A stretch of DNA of 64,000 nucleotides from Monocercomonoides exilis PA203 (Eukaryota > Protista > Preaxostyla): positions 1,116,001 through 1,180,000 of the forward strand of contig LSRY02000015.1 in the NCBI GenBank assembly GCA_001643675.2. The letters are read 5' to 3'. The notes beneath the pieces were generated by a model. The model made no database searches. It worked only from the letters and a program-made list of their open reading frames with translations, and had not been told where the DNA came from. The position numbers and the translations under genes were made by a program. Each line of letters opens with the position of its first letter. The first letter of the stretch is position 1. This document shows positions 47,401 to 57,064 of this stretch, one piece after another.

Positions 47401-50400
47401 TGTTATAAGCTCAATCAAGTCAATAGGAAAATCTCCATTTTTGTCACTTCCAAAAATAGCATTCGAACGGATGAAGACTTCCTGTCTCAAATCCATTTTG
47501 AACTGGCTTTCATTTATCTGTGCGGATATATTCGTGCATTCAATAAAGATATCTCGCCCAATCCAAGCATTGTTTCCTGAAAACGAAAGATTAAAAAACA
47601 GATAGTTAAGCTCTCCTAAAAGCTCTGTTCTCAAATATATCCCTCCTCCCATTCCATTTATCATCGAACAGTTACTTTGGGATATCCTTGTATCAAATAT
47701 TTTGAATTCACTATCTTCGTTAAGCTGAAAATATATCCCTCCTCCATATTCGCTTTCCCTTGATTGGCACGATTCCAGTACGCTTTCATTAACAACAAAA
47801 CTGACAAATTTTGTGGAAGAACTTTCAATAACGCACGGCCCATTGCTTTCTCGTTCAAGCATTCTGATGCTTGATTCGCTCATACTAAGAAATATCGATC
47901 CAGCATTCTCAAAGGTATTATCACCAGATATTAATACAAGAGAAGATTTGCTGAAGGACAACGATGTTGCAGACAATTTCTCAATATTGCATTTCACTCC
48001 TTCGCAGAAAATAAAGAAAGATTTGCTGACCCTAAGTTGGCTCACTTTCAGCGCCTTCAGCATCACCTCTCCAGATTTTACGATCAGAAATGAGGCAAGC
48101 GCTTCATTCGCCTGGAAGTTGCTTTTGACCTCACAATCATTCATTATTAGCAATTTTCCACCACTTTCAATAATCACCTTTTCATCAGAGGCTCCCGAAT
48201 TCGAGAAAATAAAAATAATTTCTGATATGTTCAAAAATCCAAAATTTGAAATGAATGACATGTCATCGCTTTGTTTTTGTATCAAAAATGTCAACGAAGC
48301 TTTTGAGTTTTCTTTCTCGTTTTCATCAGAAGTCTTCAAAATGTGATTTGTGAGGTTCCACTCATTGTTTATAGTTATCGTTCCACTTAAAAGTATTTCT
48401 TTCATTATTTCTGAAGGTTTTATCTGTTGCATTCCCTTCCAAAATGAAAAACATGGATCTTCTTTGCTGCCGCATCTCATAACATCAAAGCCATCAGACG
48501 AAATATATATAGTTATGTTTGAGTATGCGACAATAAATCGAAACAGATCTGAATTGTTAATTCGTTTGTCACTTCCCACGAACAAATTTGAATCCTCTTT
48601 CATCAATGAATAATCAAACGAAAACGAACTTGTTGTGATGCTTTCATTCAAATCTCTTGAAAGAAGAAACATCACTTTCCCGATTTTTGCATCATTTCCA
48701 GCAAATTTCACAGTTCTCAAACAAAATGGCTCAGAAATCAATGAAGATGAACAGTCTAGATAAATCACTCCACCTTTCCCATTCGCCAAAGAGCATTCAC
48801 AATTCTCTGCAACAGAGTTATTAATAATTAGTGAATGATCCTCTTTAACATAAATCTTCATACATCCTCCTTCACGTCCTTCAGGTGTCTTTATTTCCCT
48901 CAGAAAACATTCTTCAATTACAACAGATGCATCAAATTCAAATGGAGTAACACTGAATGCATGTAATATAAGATTACATTCCTTCAATTCAACTTTTCCT
49001 CCTTTGACATTCATAATTTCAAAATTTACTATTTCGCTATTTTCAAACTCAATCGAACAATTCTTCATATAAGTTTTGTCGCTCCATGTTTGTGAATAAA
49101 TAAAGTGATTAATTTGACATATAAATGAGTTAGGTAAAGAAAAATATATCCATTCAAATCCAATAGATCTTTCATTGAGGAAAATCGAATTGAATAGTGT
49201 ATTTGAAATATTGGAAAGAACCTGAATGGTTGATTGTTTATTTGAAACAAACGAATTGACGATAATTCCAGACATATCAAAAGAATTTTTCACAGTCGCT
49301 GATCCGTTAACAAAAAGCTTCGTCTGATCAAAAATATCAGCGTGTAAATTGTGAATGCTTCTCCAGAACGATACACATGGATAATCAGCAGACCCGCATC
49401 CAATCATATCGTAGCCATTTGAAGACAAATATATCGAAGTTGACTTGAATTGTATCAAAAACAATAAAAGGTCGACTGCATGCTTCGAAAATCTTCCATC
49501 ATCGACTCCTTTTGCATCAACAATCGGGTTATTATCTCCATCTGCCAATGAAAACTTAAATTTCTCCAATCTGACTGTATTATTCAAGTTCACACAGTCA
49601 ACAAAAAGATCTTTTCCTTCTGCACCATCATTGCTTGAAAATGATAGATCATTCAGAAAAATGTTTCCATCCGTTTCTCCTTGAATGTCCAAAAACAATG
49701 CTCCTCCTCTTCCATTTGCCATATTTACACAACAGCATTCTGTTTCGTCTCTGGCAAATGTGAAGCTGCTCTGCTCGTTCATTTCACAAAGCAAAATCCC
49801 TCCGTTTCCTGTTGTCGAACAACATCTTTTGAATTTGCAATCTTGAATTGTGACAGATGCTCCGTAACACTCAATAATCAAACCTCCATCTTTCACACAA
49901 ATTTCACTTGCATTTATATTGCTCAACTCCAAAGTTGACAGAGATTCCCCAATAATAAGACCTTCGCCTTCTCCATTCAAGAGCGAAAATATTGAGTTGT
50001 TTGCAATGAACGAGTCACCAACAAGTTTAATTATTCCTCCGCAGACAGAAAAAGAGATATTGTCGATCGACACATGATCAAACCTAACTTCTCCTCCTGC
50101 ATTTTTTATAATATTCATTTCTGTTTGGAGCAGTATGTTTTCTTTTGGTTTAAAAGCACAACTTATCATTGTCATTACTCCAACGCTCACACAAACCAAT
50201 GCTTCATTTTCTCTTCCTAGTGTTTGTGGAAGATTGAACAACAAGCGACTGAGAGTCAAGAAAACGTCTCTGTTGCCTTCCGTCAAGCAAAAGCATCCAT
50301 GTTCACAGATTTCCAGTTCGCATTCGCTCATCTTCCCTCGCACGGACAAAGATTTTCCTCTTCGATTGATTGTTGCATTTAGAGAGTTGTGATTATTGAT

Positions 50401-53400
50401 TTGGATTGTTGTTTTGTTGTCTGCCATATTAAGAAATCCATCAATTAGCTTGTCGCACGGAACTATTTCGCTTCCGCACAATTGTCCATCTGAGCTTTGG
50501 CCAGCCTCAATAAACACAGTTGTGCTTTCTGTTGGAAACAAGAACTTCTTTATCGATAAATCAATTACAGAATTCACCAAAGAATCAACAACCCAGAAAT
50601 TCCTCTCAGGTGTTTCAGTCTCATCAATTGTTCCCAACCATAGTCTTTCAATTAGCAAAGACCCAGGAGCTGAACAAATAAGGAACACATCTGAGCCTTT
50701 AATAGCAGCATTCCCACAAAAGTTGTTTGATCTCATCGAATAATTGATTCTATCATCTTCAAATTCGATAAACAGACCACCTCCGAATCCCATTTCTCCA
50801 ACAACAGCGCAATTTTGCACATTATTCAAATCAAATGTGAGTGATCCGCCTGTTCTTATAGCAAAAAGTCCACATCCTCCACTTGACGGAATGCCTGTGC
50901 ACAATTCTGTATCAAACGTACAATTTATCACATTCACGTTTTTGGTTTGTCCGACTGTCCCTTTTAATACTCCACCATTTCCACTTTGGCGTGTGTTTTT
51001 CAAAAAAGAGCTATTTGTGATTGAAAGTCCAGAGCCTTCATCAAAAAATATTAAACATCCATTTTCAAAAGTTGAATCGTTCAAAACACTCTTTTCCATT
51101 TGAAGGGAAGAACTTTCCAAAACAATCAATCCTTGTGATGACTCGCTTTTGACTTTCTCAACTTTCAATACTTCAATGACCGCGTGGCAATTGTTCAGTT
51201 CAAACGTTGGAAGAAGATTAAACTTCATATTGACAAGTTTGAGACGAGTTATAGCAATATTCCCTCCATTTGCTTTTATCAGACAAAATGAGATGTTTGA
51301 AAGTTGATCGATTTGATAAAAAGAGCAATCTTCAATTCTAAGCATTTCTTTCATGCAATATATCAAACTGGTTCTTTGAGAAGCAACAAACACCGATGGA
51401 AGAGAAAATGAAAGATTTTTTATACATGTTTGCGATACAGTTTCAATAAATCCTTCTTGATCTCCTCTTCCACTATCCGAAATAGATATGGATGTCATTT
51501 CTTCGTTTAAAAAACCGCAAATCTCAAACGTTCGAAGTTGAAATTTTACATAATCTATCAATGTGTACCCAGGTTTGATTTTGAGTTTGACAAATGAAGA
51601 GGGAGCAGGAAACCTGACTAAAACAGCTTTAGGTATCGTTCTACAAGGAGCATATTCAACTCCGCATCCAGAGTGATCGAACCCATCCATATCACTTCCA
51701 CCAATAAACGCAGTACCATTGAAATCATCGAGATATGCACAAAGAGGAATGGCAAACTCCACATTTGTTGAATCTCTTTCATATCCCATCAAATCTGAAC
51801 GACTCATAGAACCTATATTGAAAGCAAATGATTGAGTATTAATAGCCTCAACAAAATCCTTTCCATTCAAAAAGATATTATTTCCTTTCCATGCATTGCA
51901 CGATATAAAAGATAATTCTGCCAATGAAAAGTCATATGCACCATCTTCTTCATACAAAAATATTCCTCCTCCTAGTCCTTTCCCTGTTTCTTCACTCTCA
52001 TCATTTGGCACATTGCACTTCTCCAATTTCATTGCTTCCATCCGTAATTTGTTTCTGCCACTCAAAAAGCACATGAATCCACCTCCACAAAGTCTATTAC
52101 CAGAGCTGCACTTTGAGGATATTGTGCAATTCTTTAATGAAACAATTCTGCCAGTTGATGAGGTGTGTTTTATTATCAAACATCCTCCACTTCCTCCAAC
52201 ATGTTCAATCCCCTTCAGATAACTGTTATTCAATGCAACAGAAGCTGCATCTCCAATATTGAAAAAATTGGTCTCAATTGGCATGAAAGTGCTTTCATCA
52301 AATAAGAAATCGTCAATTTTGAGAGAACCTCCTTCAATCTTTAAAAAACTGAATCCAATTCGTGAGTTCTGTTCTATATCAGAAATCTTCATACCACATG
52401 AGTTAAGTGAGAGCATCTGTGACAAACAAACAATAAACGAAGATGATAAAGCCAATGAAGTTGAAAGAAGAAAAGAAATATTTGTCACTACCACTTCAGC
52501 AATTGTTTTGATTCCCCATTCAAATGAATTTCCTTCTATAAAAGCAAATTCAATTTTTGTTTCCTTTTCTAAACATTTCATATCCCAAATATTCTCTTTC
52601 ATTTCAATACATTCATTACAAACGAATCCAGAATTGAGCACAATATCCTTGTTTTTCGACTCAAACCGCAATGTTACTATTTTCCCAACTGTGAAACATG
52701 GATAACCTTTAAATCCACATCCAGAAAAATCTCGCGAATTATCCCCTCCAACATATCCTGGAAAAGAAAAATCATCGAGAAGAAAAAGCCTAAGCGGAAT
52801 AAGATACTTTTCATTTCCTCCTTCAATACCCATTGCTTCATTATCATTTGCTTCTAAAGTAGAAATAACACCTACAAAACGATCCTTTGTTATTGTATCA
52901 AACAAACTTTGCGAGTCAATAAAAATGTTATATCCACTTCTTGAAGCTTTATTTGAATTGATTAATGCTCCAAAGTGCAATAAACAAAATTTGAAGTCAT
53001 TATTCCCATTTTCATTGCATTTAACAAATATCCCTCCTCCACATCCTCCTTTTGACTCTGTTTGATTTGCCTCACAGTTCTCAATCACTGTTTGATTGTT
53101 TCCTTTATCTGCACGAATCTGCGACTCTCCACCAATTTCTACGAATAACGCTCCTCCATTACCTTTCAATGCTTGACATCCAGAAAAATTGCAATTACAT
53201 ATGCTTAGTTTTTGATTTCCTCCAATTACACAGTTTATCCCACTTCCATCACCTTCAGATAAATGTATATCTTTAAAAATGCAATTATCAACATCCAAGC
53301 AGCTTCCTTGTTGACTCATAATAACTCCATTTTCTTCAGACCCAATCCTTTCGAATAAAGTTTGATCAATTTTCAGTGTTCCAACAGAATTGTACTTTAT

Positions 53401-56400
53401 TAGTGCTATATCGGAAGAAAGCTCCAAATTTGTGAAGTTTGTTTTCGAAATTACTCCACCTCCAGATTTCACCAATTCAATGACACAACTCGAAGAAAAC
53501 GACAGTCCATTAACAGTCGATGAAATCAGGGACACTGTTCCTCCAGCGCATGTGATAAGCGAACAAGAAAAACATTCAGCATTTCTAACTTCAAAACTGC
53601 ATAGTGAGATACACAGAGTTGAATTTTGACACGAAAAGAGCGCTGAATGTGAACTTAATGTGGATGGAAAATTAAATTGCAAATCTTCAAACAATGTAGT
53701 GGTTCTTGTTGAAATAAATCCCTCTTCGAAGCTTTGTGAATCTTCATCAATTATAAATCGAGAGTTGTGAGCTTGTCCTTTCACAATTATATTTCCGAAT
53801 TCAAAAGATAGCTCTTTTCTGAGATTTGTTCCATTATTGATTGAAACTTTTATTCCACTTGTTGTTGCATGTTCTTCAACTGCATAATTCAATGTTTTGC
53901 ACTGCTGATCAACATATCCACACATGTACCAATCTCGCTTATTTGATCCTCCAACAAAGTATTCTCCTGGCTCACTTCGAAAGAAAAGCACAAGTGGAAT
54001 AACATTGTTTTCATCCCCATTTTCGTACCCACATAATTCATTTAAGTCATTCATATTCATTTCAAAATTTAAATGTGCTTTATCAACAACATTTAGGAAG
54101 TTTTTTGCTTTTATGAATATGTTACGCCCTCCAACTGTTGCTGAGCAACACTCAAATATCACATTCACAACATTAAAATTTGTTGTTTCTCCTTCCAAAG
54201 TCAGGTGGATTGCACCTCCACATCCGCCATAAAACAAGCTATTTAACGAGCTACAGCAAACGAATTCTGTCTTGCTTGTATTTCCTACTCTAAACTGCGA
54301 ATCATTTTCCACCATCACACAGAATCCTCCCCCATTTCCATTTTCACATGTGCAATTCCTCAAATTTATGTTATTCAGCTTGAGAGTTTCACCAGATAAT
54401 AACGTTTTTGATAAAATGCATCCGTCTCCATTTTTCCTTGTTATGGAAGAGAAAGTGGTTTGTGACAATGCAATCGATAATCCTGAATCAAGCGAAATCA
54501 AAGGAGAACTTTTCAGAAAGAAATTCATGATTAAGACTTTGTCCATCAATAGAATTCCACCCGGAGAATAAAGATAAAACAACGAAGACTCAAACGCATT
54601 TTCATTGCAATGTCCAGTTGATGATCTAATCTGCATATTCCTCAGATGTGCGCTTCCTTTCCCAGATATTGATAGAATCCTTAAAGACGGATTTTCATGA
54701 CTATGTTCAAAGGTGAGCCACAATGCAGATAATACGCCATCTGAAATTGAAAAGAAACTGATACTGTTTGCCTCACATGAGACACTCAACACAGTCGAAG
54801 TTGCATTTTCTCCAATTATCGACAATTTCCTTGATCCAATTATTATTTCTTTTGACTCTGAAACGTGCTCTCCATCGTTCAGAAAAATTCTTGATTCAAA
54901 TTGTGACAAGCATTTTTCGAAAGAGTGCCTAACTGTTAAACAAGCAATCTCTTTCGATAAACCACAAAGTTGATTTTCATCATTGCCGTTTCCAGATACA
55001 TAGCAAGAAGTGAAAAATGTTTGATTATTTGGTAACCATTCTGGTTTATATCCTCCAAAACTGTCACAATATAGTCGCATGTCATTTGCGTTTGTTGAAA
55101 AGCAATCCTTCAATGGATTTGAATTTAAGCTTACGTTCTCGCTTGATATTACCAAATAAATATCATGACCTGCTGGAATCTGTGTATTTGTACAGTGACA
55201 TTCATGAAAAAATAAAAAGAAAAAAAACAGATAATCAACTTGCATTTCACTAAAATCAAAAAAATGATGTCGAATTGCACCTCCTTGTGAAACACATTCA
55301 CAATTCACGAATTGGCAACTTCTCATTCCAAACATTGATCTATAAGACCACGACACAATTGCTCCTCCATATTTATCATTATTAAAGCAATTCACAAATT
55401 GACTATCTATCAAGTCTGCGTGAGATCCATCTTCATTTATATGTGGGCATTCATTCTTCATTCCAATTTCACTCACACTTATTGCGCCAGCTTGATTTCC
55501 TGAAGTGGTATTTAAGAATTCAGAACCTTGAATCAGCCAACATCCAATATTTGATTTTATCCTAATTGACCCTCCGTCCCTAAAAGAAGAACTGTTAATA
55601 AATCGAGAATTTGTGATTTCGATACTGTTTCCATTCTCAAAGCATATTGACCCTCCTCTTCCTTTTGGAGCGGAGCACCCAATAAAAGTGCAACGTAAAA
55701 CAGCAAGAGATAATAATGAACCAACAACTATTGCACCTCCACTTCCTGTTGTTGTTGTACACTGAAAAAATGAATCATCGCAAAACGTCGCTGATGTGTT
55801 CAATATTCTTCTTCCTTCAGCACCAACGAATTCTTCATGTATATTTGATTTTCTGGAATTCAAATTAAAAGAGTTGTTAAAAGAGTCTAGAACAGATAAC
55901 GAAATCAAATGACTTGTTCTTTCAAAATCATTATTCAAAAAATCACAACACGATGTAAATGTGCACGAGCAAATTGAAATCACATTATGAATCAATTCAT
56001 CTTTTAGAACATGAGTTTTAGAAGTTGAAGTGATATTCCAAAATGTTGAAGATTTTAGCAAAAAATTTGATGAAAACTGAGAAGATATAATATCAGAAAG
56101 AAGATGAAATGAAGCGATATGTGATGAAACAATACAAAGTGAATTCATTTGAGAAGAAGTGAGTAAGCGATTAAAAGAAATGACTGGTGAAATGAATTGT
56201 TTTGTATTGTCAAAAAATATCGAAATGTTGTTCAAAATCGCTGATGAAGATTCAATAACCAAAGGTGTTCTTGCGAATTTCGTTGAAAAAAGAAAGATGG
56301 ACGAACAAGTGACAATCAATGAACTATCACTTATTATTGAGAGATGATAATTATGGCATTGCTTTAGCATTGTGCTTGATATTGAAAGTGTTGAATTGTG

Positions 56401-56775
56401 AAGATTAACACCACCAAAAATCGAAGAATAACATCCAAACATATAAAATTGCTCCTCAAATTCCAACTCAAGATTTATGCTTTCGAAACCTCTTTTTGAA
56501 AAAATCTGATTGTGAACATCTTTATTTTTTGTTTGAACAAGAAAAGAGTTTTCGATTTTCGAATCCTTCGTTGATTTTTTCAAATCATATTCATTCAAAT
56601 TATTATTGGCAAAACACAAAATATCTCCTGAAAATCCATATTCAAAAATATTTCTTTTTTCGTTCTGAATGCTGGTTTTGTCTAAAGTTTGATTTATCAT
56701 AAATTCATTGGAATCTGATTCAAAGCATCTTTTTGCAATGAATCCTTGAACAAAAATCAAACAAAAAATAATCAT
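44419..56775 (-). CDS. Giant (4118 aa) single-pass receptor with repeated GGA[I/V]/CG..PC ectodomain modules and a C-terminal TK-like pseudokinase
   Basis: N-terminal hydrophobic signal; eight D..CG....C modules; TM WSTIVLAVILLLVIIIAVIFII (~45720-45790); kinase C-lobe CLRWKAPELL..SFSIGLMLWE..IPFG..IVNGEKP. Confidence 0.85.
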   Translation of the reverse strand: MIIFCLIFVQGFIAKRCFESDSNEFMINQTLDKTSIQNEKRNIFEYGFSGDILCFANNNLNEYDLKKSTKDSKIENSFLVQTKNKDVHNQIFSKRGFESINLELEFEEQFYMFGCYSSIFGGVNLHNSTLSISSTMLKQCHNYHLSIISDSSLIVTCSSIFLFSTKFARTPLVIESSSAILNNISIFFDNTKQFISPVISFNRLLTSSQMNSLCIVSSHIASFHLLSDIISSQFSSNFLLKSSTFWNITSTSKTHVLKDELIHNVISICSCTFTSCCDFLNNDFERTSHLISLSVLDSFNNSFNLNSRKSNIHEEFVGAEGRRILNTSATFCDDSFFQCTTTTGSGGAIVVGSLLSLAVLRCTFIGCSAPKGRGGSICFENGNSIEITNSRFINSSSFRDGGSIRIKSNIGCWLIQGSEFLNTTSGNQAGAISVSEIGMKNECPHINEDGSHADLIDSQFVNCFNNDKYGGAIVSWSYRSMFGMRSCQFVNCECVSQGGAIRHHFFDFSEMQVDYLFFFFLFFHECHCTNTQIPAGHDIYLVISSENVSLNSNPLKDCFSTNANDMRLYCDSFGGYKPEWLPNNQTFFTSCYVSGNGNDENQLCGLSKEIACLTVRHSFEKCLSQFESRIFLNDGEHVSESKEIIIGSRKLSIIGENATSTVLSVSCEANSISFFSISDGVLSALWLTFEHSHENPSLRILSISGKGSAHLRNMQIRSSTGHCNENAFESSLFYLYSPGGILLMDKVLIMNFFLKSSPLISLDSGLSIALSQTTFSSITRKNGDGCILSKTLLSGETLKLNNINLRNCTCENGNGGGFCVMVENDSQFRVGNTSKTEFVCCSSLNSLFYGGCGGAIHLTLEGETTNFNVVNVIFECCSATVGGRNIFIKAKNFLNVVDKAHLNFEMNMNDLNELCGYENGDENNVIPLVLFFRSEPGEYFVGGSNKRDWYMCGYVDQQCKTLNYAVEEHATTSGIKVSINNGTNLRKELSFEFGNIIVKGQAHNSRFIIDEDSQSFEEGFISTRTTTLFEDLQFNFPSTLSSHSALFSCQNSTLCISLCSFEVRNAECFSCSLITCAGGTVSLISSTVNGLSFSSSCVIELVKSGGGVISKTNFTNLELSSDIALIKYNSVGTLKIDQTLFERIGSEENGVIMSQQGSCLDVDNCIFKDIHLSEGDGSGINCVIGGNQKLSICNCNFSGCQALKGNGGALFVEIGGESQIRADKGNNQTVIENCEANQTESKGGCGGGIFVKCNENGNNDFKFCLLHFGALINSNKASRSGYNIFIDSQSLFDTITKDRFVGVISTLEANDNEAMGIEGGNEKYLIPLRLFLLDDFSFPGYVGGDNSRDFSGCGFKGYPCFTVGKIVTLRFESKNKDIVLNSGFVCNECIEMKENIWDMKCLEKETKIEFAFIEGNSFEWGIKTIAEVVVTNISFLLSTSLALSSSFIVCLSQMLSLNSCGMKISDIEQNSRIGFSFLKIEGGSLKIDDFLFDESTFMPIETNFFNIGDAASVALNNSYLKGIEHVGGSGGCLIIKHTSSTGRIVSLKNCTISSKCSSGNRLCGGGFMCFLSGRNKLRMEAMKLEKCNVPNDESEETGKGLGGGIFLYEEDGAYDFSLAELSFISCNAWKGNNIFLNGKDFVEAINTQSFAFNIGSMSRSDLMGYERDSTNVEFAIPLCAYLDDFNGTAFIGGSDMDGFDHSGCGVEYAPCRTIPKAVLVRFPAPSSFVKLKIKPGYTLIDYVKFQLRTFEICGFLNEEMTSISISDSGRGDQEGFIETVSQTCIKNLSFSLPSVFVASQRTSLIYCMKEMLRIEDCSFYQIDQLSNISFCLIKANGGNIAITRLKLVNMKFNLLPTFELNNCHAVIEVLKVEKVKSESSQGLIVLESSSLQMEKSVLNDSTFENGCLIFFDEGSGLSITNSSFLKNTRQSGNGGVLKGTVGQTKNVNVINCTFDTELCTGIPSSGGCGLFAIRTGGSLTFDLNNVQNCAVVGEMGFGGGLFIEFEDDRINYSMRSNNFCGNAAIKGSDVFLICSAPGSLLIERLWLGTIDETETPERNFWVVDSLVNSVIDLSIKKFLFPTESTTVFIEAGQSSDGQLCGSEIVPCDKLIDGFLNMADNKTTIQINNHNSLNATINRRGKSLSVRGKMSECELEICEHGCFCLTEGNRDVFLTLSRLLFNLPQTLGRENEALVCVSVGVMTMISCAFKPKENILLQTEMNIIKNAGGEVRFDHVSIDNISFSVCGGIIKLVGDSFIANNSIFSLLNGEGEGLIIGESLSTLELSNINASEICVKDGGLIIECYGASVTIQDCKFKRCCSTTGNGGILLCEMNEQSSFTFARDETECCCVNMANGRGGALFLDIQGETDGNIFLNDLSFSSNDGAEGKDLFVDCVNLNNTVRLEKFKFSLADGDNNPIVDAKGVDDGRFSKHAVDLLLFLIQFKSTSIYLSSNGYDMIGCGSADYPCVSFWRSIHNLHADIFDQTKLFVNGSATVKNSFDMSGIIVNSFVSNKQSTIQVLSNISNTLFNSIFLNERSIGFEWIYFSLPNSFICQINHFIYSQTWSDKTYMKNCSIEFENSEIVNFEIMNVKGGKVELKECNLILHAFSVTPFEFDASVVIEECFLREIKTPEGREGGCMKIYVKEDHSLIINNSVAENCECSLANGKGGVIYLDCSSSLISEPFCLRTVKFAGNDAKIGKVMFLLSRDLNESITTSSFSFDYSLMKEDSNLFVGSDKRINNSDLFRFIVAYSNITIYISSDGFDVMRCGSKEDPCFSFWKGMQQIKPSEIMKEILLSGTITINNEWNLTNHILKTSDENEKENSKASLTFLIQKQSDDMSFISNFGFLNISEIIFIFSNSGASDEKVIIESGGKLLIMNDCEVKSNFQANEALASFLIVKSGEVMLKALKVSQLRVSKSFFIFCEGVKCNIEKLSATSLSFSKSSLVLISGDNTFENAGSIFLSMSESSIRMLERESNGPCVIESSSTKFVSFVVNESVLESCQSRESEYGGGIYFQLNEDSEFKIFDTRISQSNCSMINGMGGGIYLRTELLGELNYLFFNLSFSGNNAWIGRDIFIECTNISAQINESQFKMDLRQEVFIRSNAIFGSDKNGDFPIDLIELITIYQSATIVVSNVNGKGGNNTRKCGISELPCLSVGYGLDHIIEEFNSMLAVDGESEIEKEIELKSLTMRSKGFDFSNISISPFLVSTRDYVVSVSGHVVIELVNIQFSRTFPSTYKTIFFVAGMLSILSTSFNSRNDNFFEATIPTLIESVSGKLTIGNCTVSNIASPYLMHLSTDVVVRQLKVENIHCSSDLITLTNGNWTFNEFDIFNATINEGSIFKVYSESRDNVCVLHSILQNVSRQSSGTSIMSCISPLESALIGNCTIKRSCMNREKGSIVSIKSCCEMILDSCLFDGEYSSDVERCMEDSEDACEWDGSIVHFENSSVIVKDTSIKNAKDGGVSISGGDVSVEKGEFLNNNPGISKFPSVRRNIICSDEGLVKIESLKGGDGQEKYSSLWFLNEGCKVGGIASERISTLFIPILKEVKSEKKGSVAELRFIGNVLIPCELSFKVSSWIGDAEAVERHEFSEADFVSEKEVCGSISSTTIESAPNEAEVTVAIVFGKKEEQHSTPFVLKNRTEKQTENYDNLVERKNSNSLSWSTIVLAVILLLVIIIAVIFIIRWKKSKMRTEELEEIVNDNIKKDPKAFEMVTMEMSPEEQWRRAENEAEKKNEERMKKRIYDTNLQHSESSEHLLSESGSTEYILGKDSDKIPQWMLEKDEEEEIRKRTPSPSISSTSTTDSDSTFVQREDLCPTTSSMSNLVDAMACSSPHEKLIVDLRDSLFMLLHGRNKTKEMAIGSLQEREQTAAQILFWVANGALHSFDEMENPLQSLNNLSPHIVLFSEHMVICIVMHSDLLSDDDSDSSSISSSTVVTSASGNDDDESDSLPSSAFEDEDDFKKECLRWKAPELLVNKKLGATKESVSFSIGLMLWESLLLKIPFGEYEAVTAGQKIVNGEKPNLESVMSSSLSTVVNACLSFNPSTRLSLNMLKREFIQRFPAGAAVMTLSDAITFTDNSSEDNKSIETVQQRNSQRKKDTFKRKKDKNVSEYFVK

Positions 56776-57064
56776 GTCACCGATGTAATTGAGCTAATTC
56801 AGCCTCAACTTAAAATCAAAAACACAAATTCGTGTTTTTTTGAATATTGGTTTACAACCATAATATTTTTGTTTTTTCAATTTTTTTTTAAAATATTCAT
56901 TGAAAGATATTTGATGATAATGTCAAGCTGTTTATTTAACAAATTGGAAATAAAACGAAAATTTTAATTTTTTTAAATAACGATATTCAAATTTTCAAGT
57001 ATTGGCAATATCACGTAAATGAAACTCATTACACAAAACCAATAAAAATTTCGAATACTAACAA

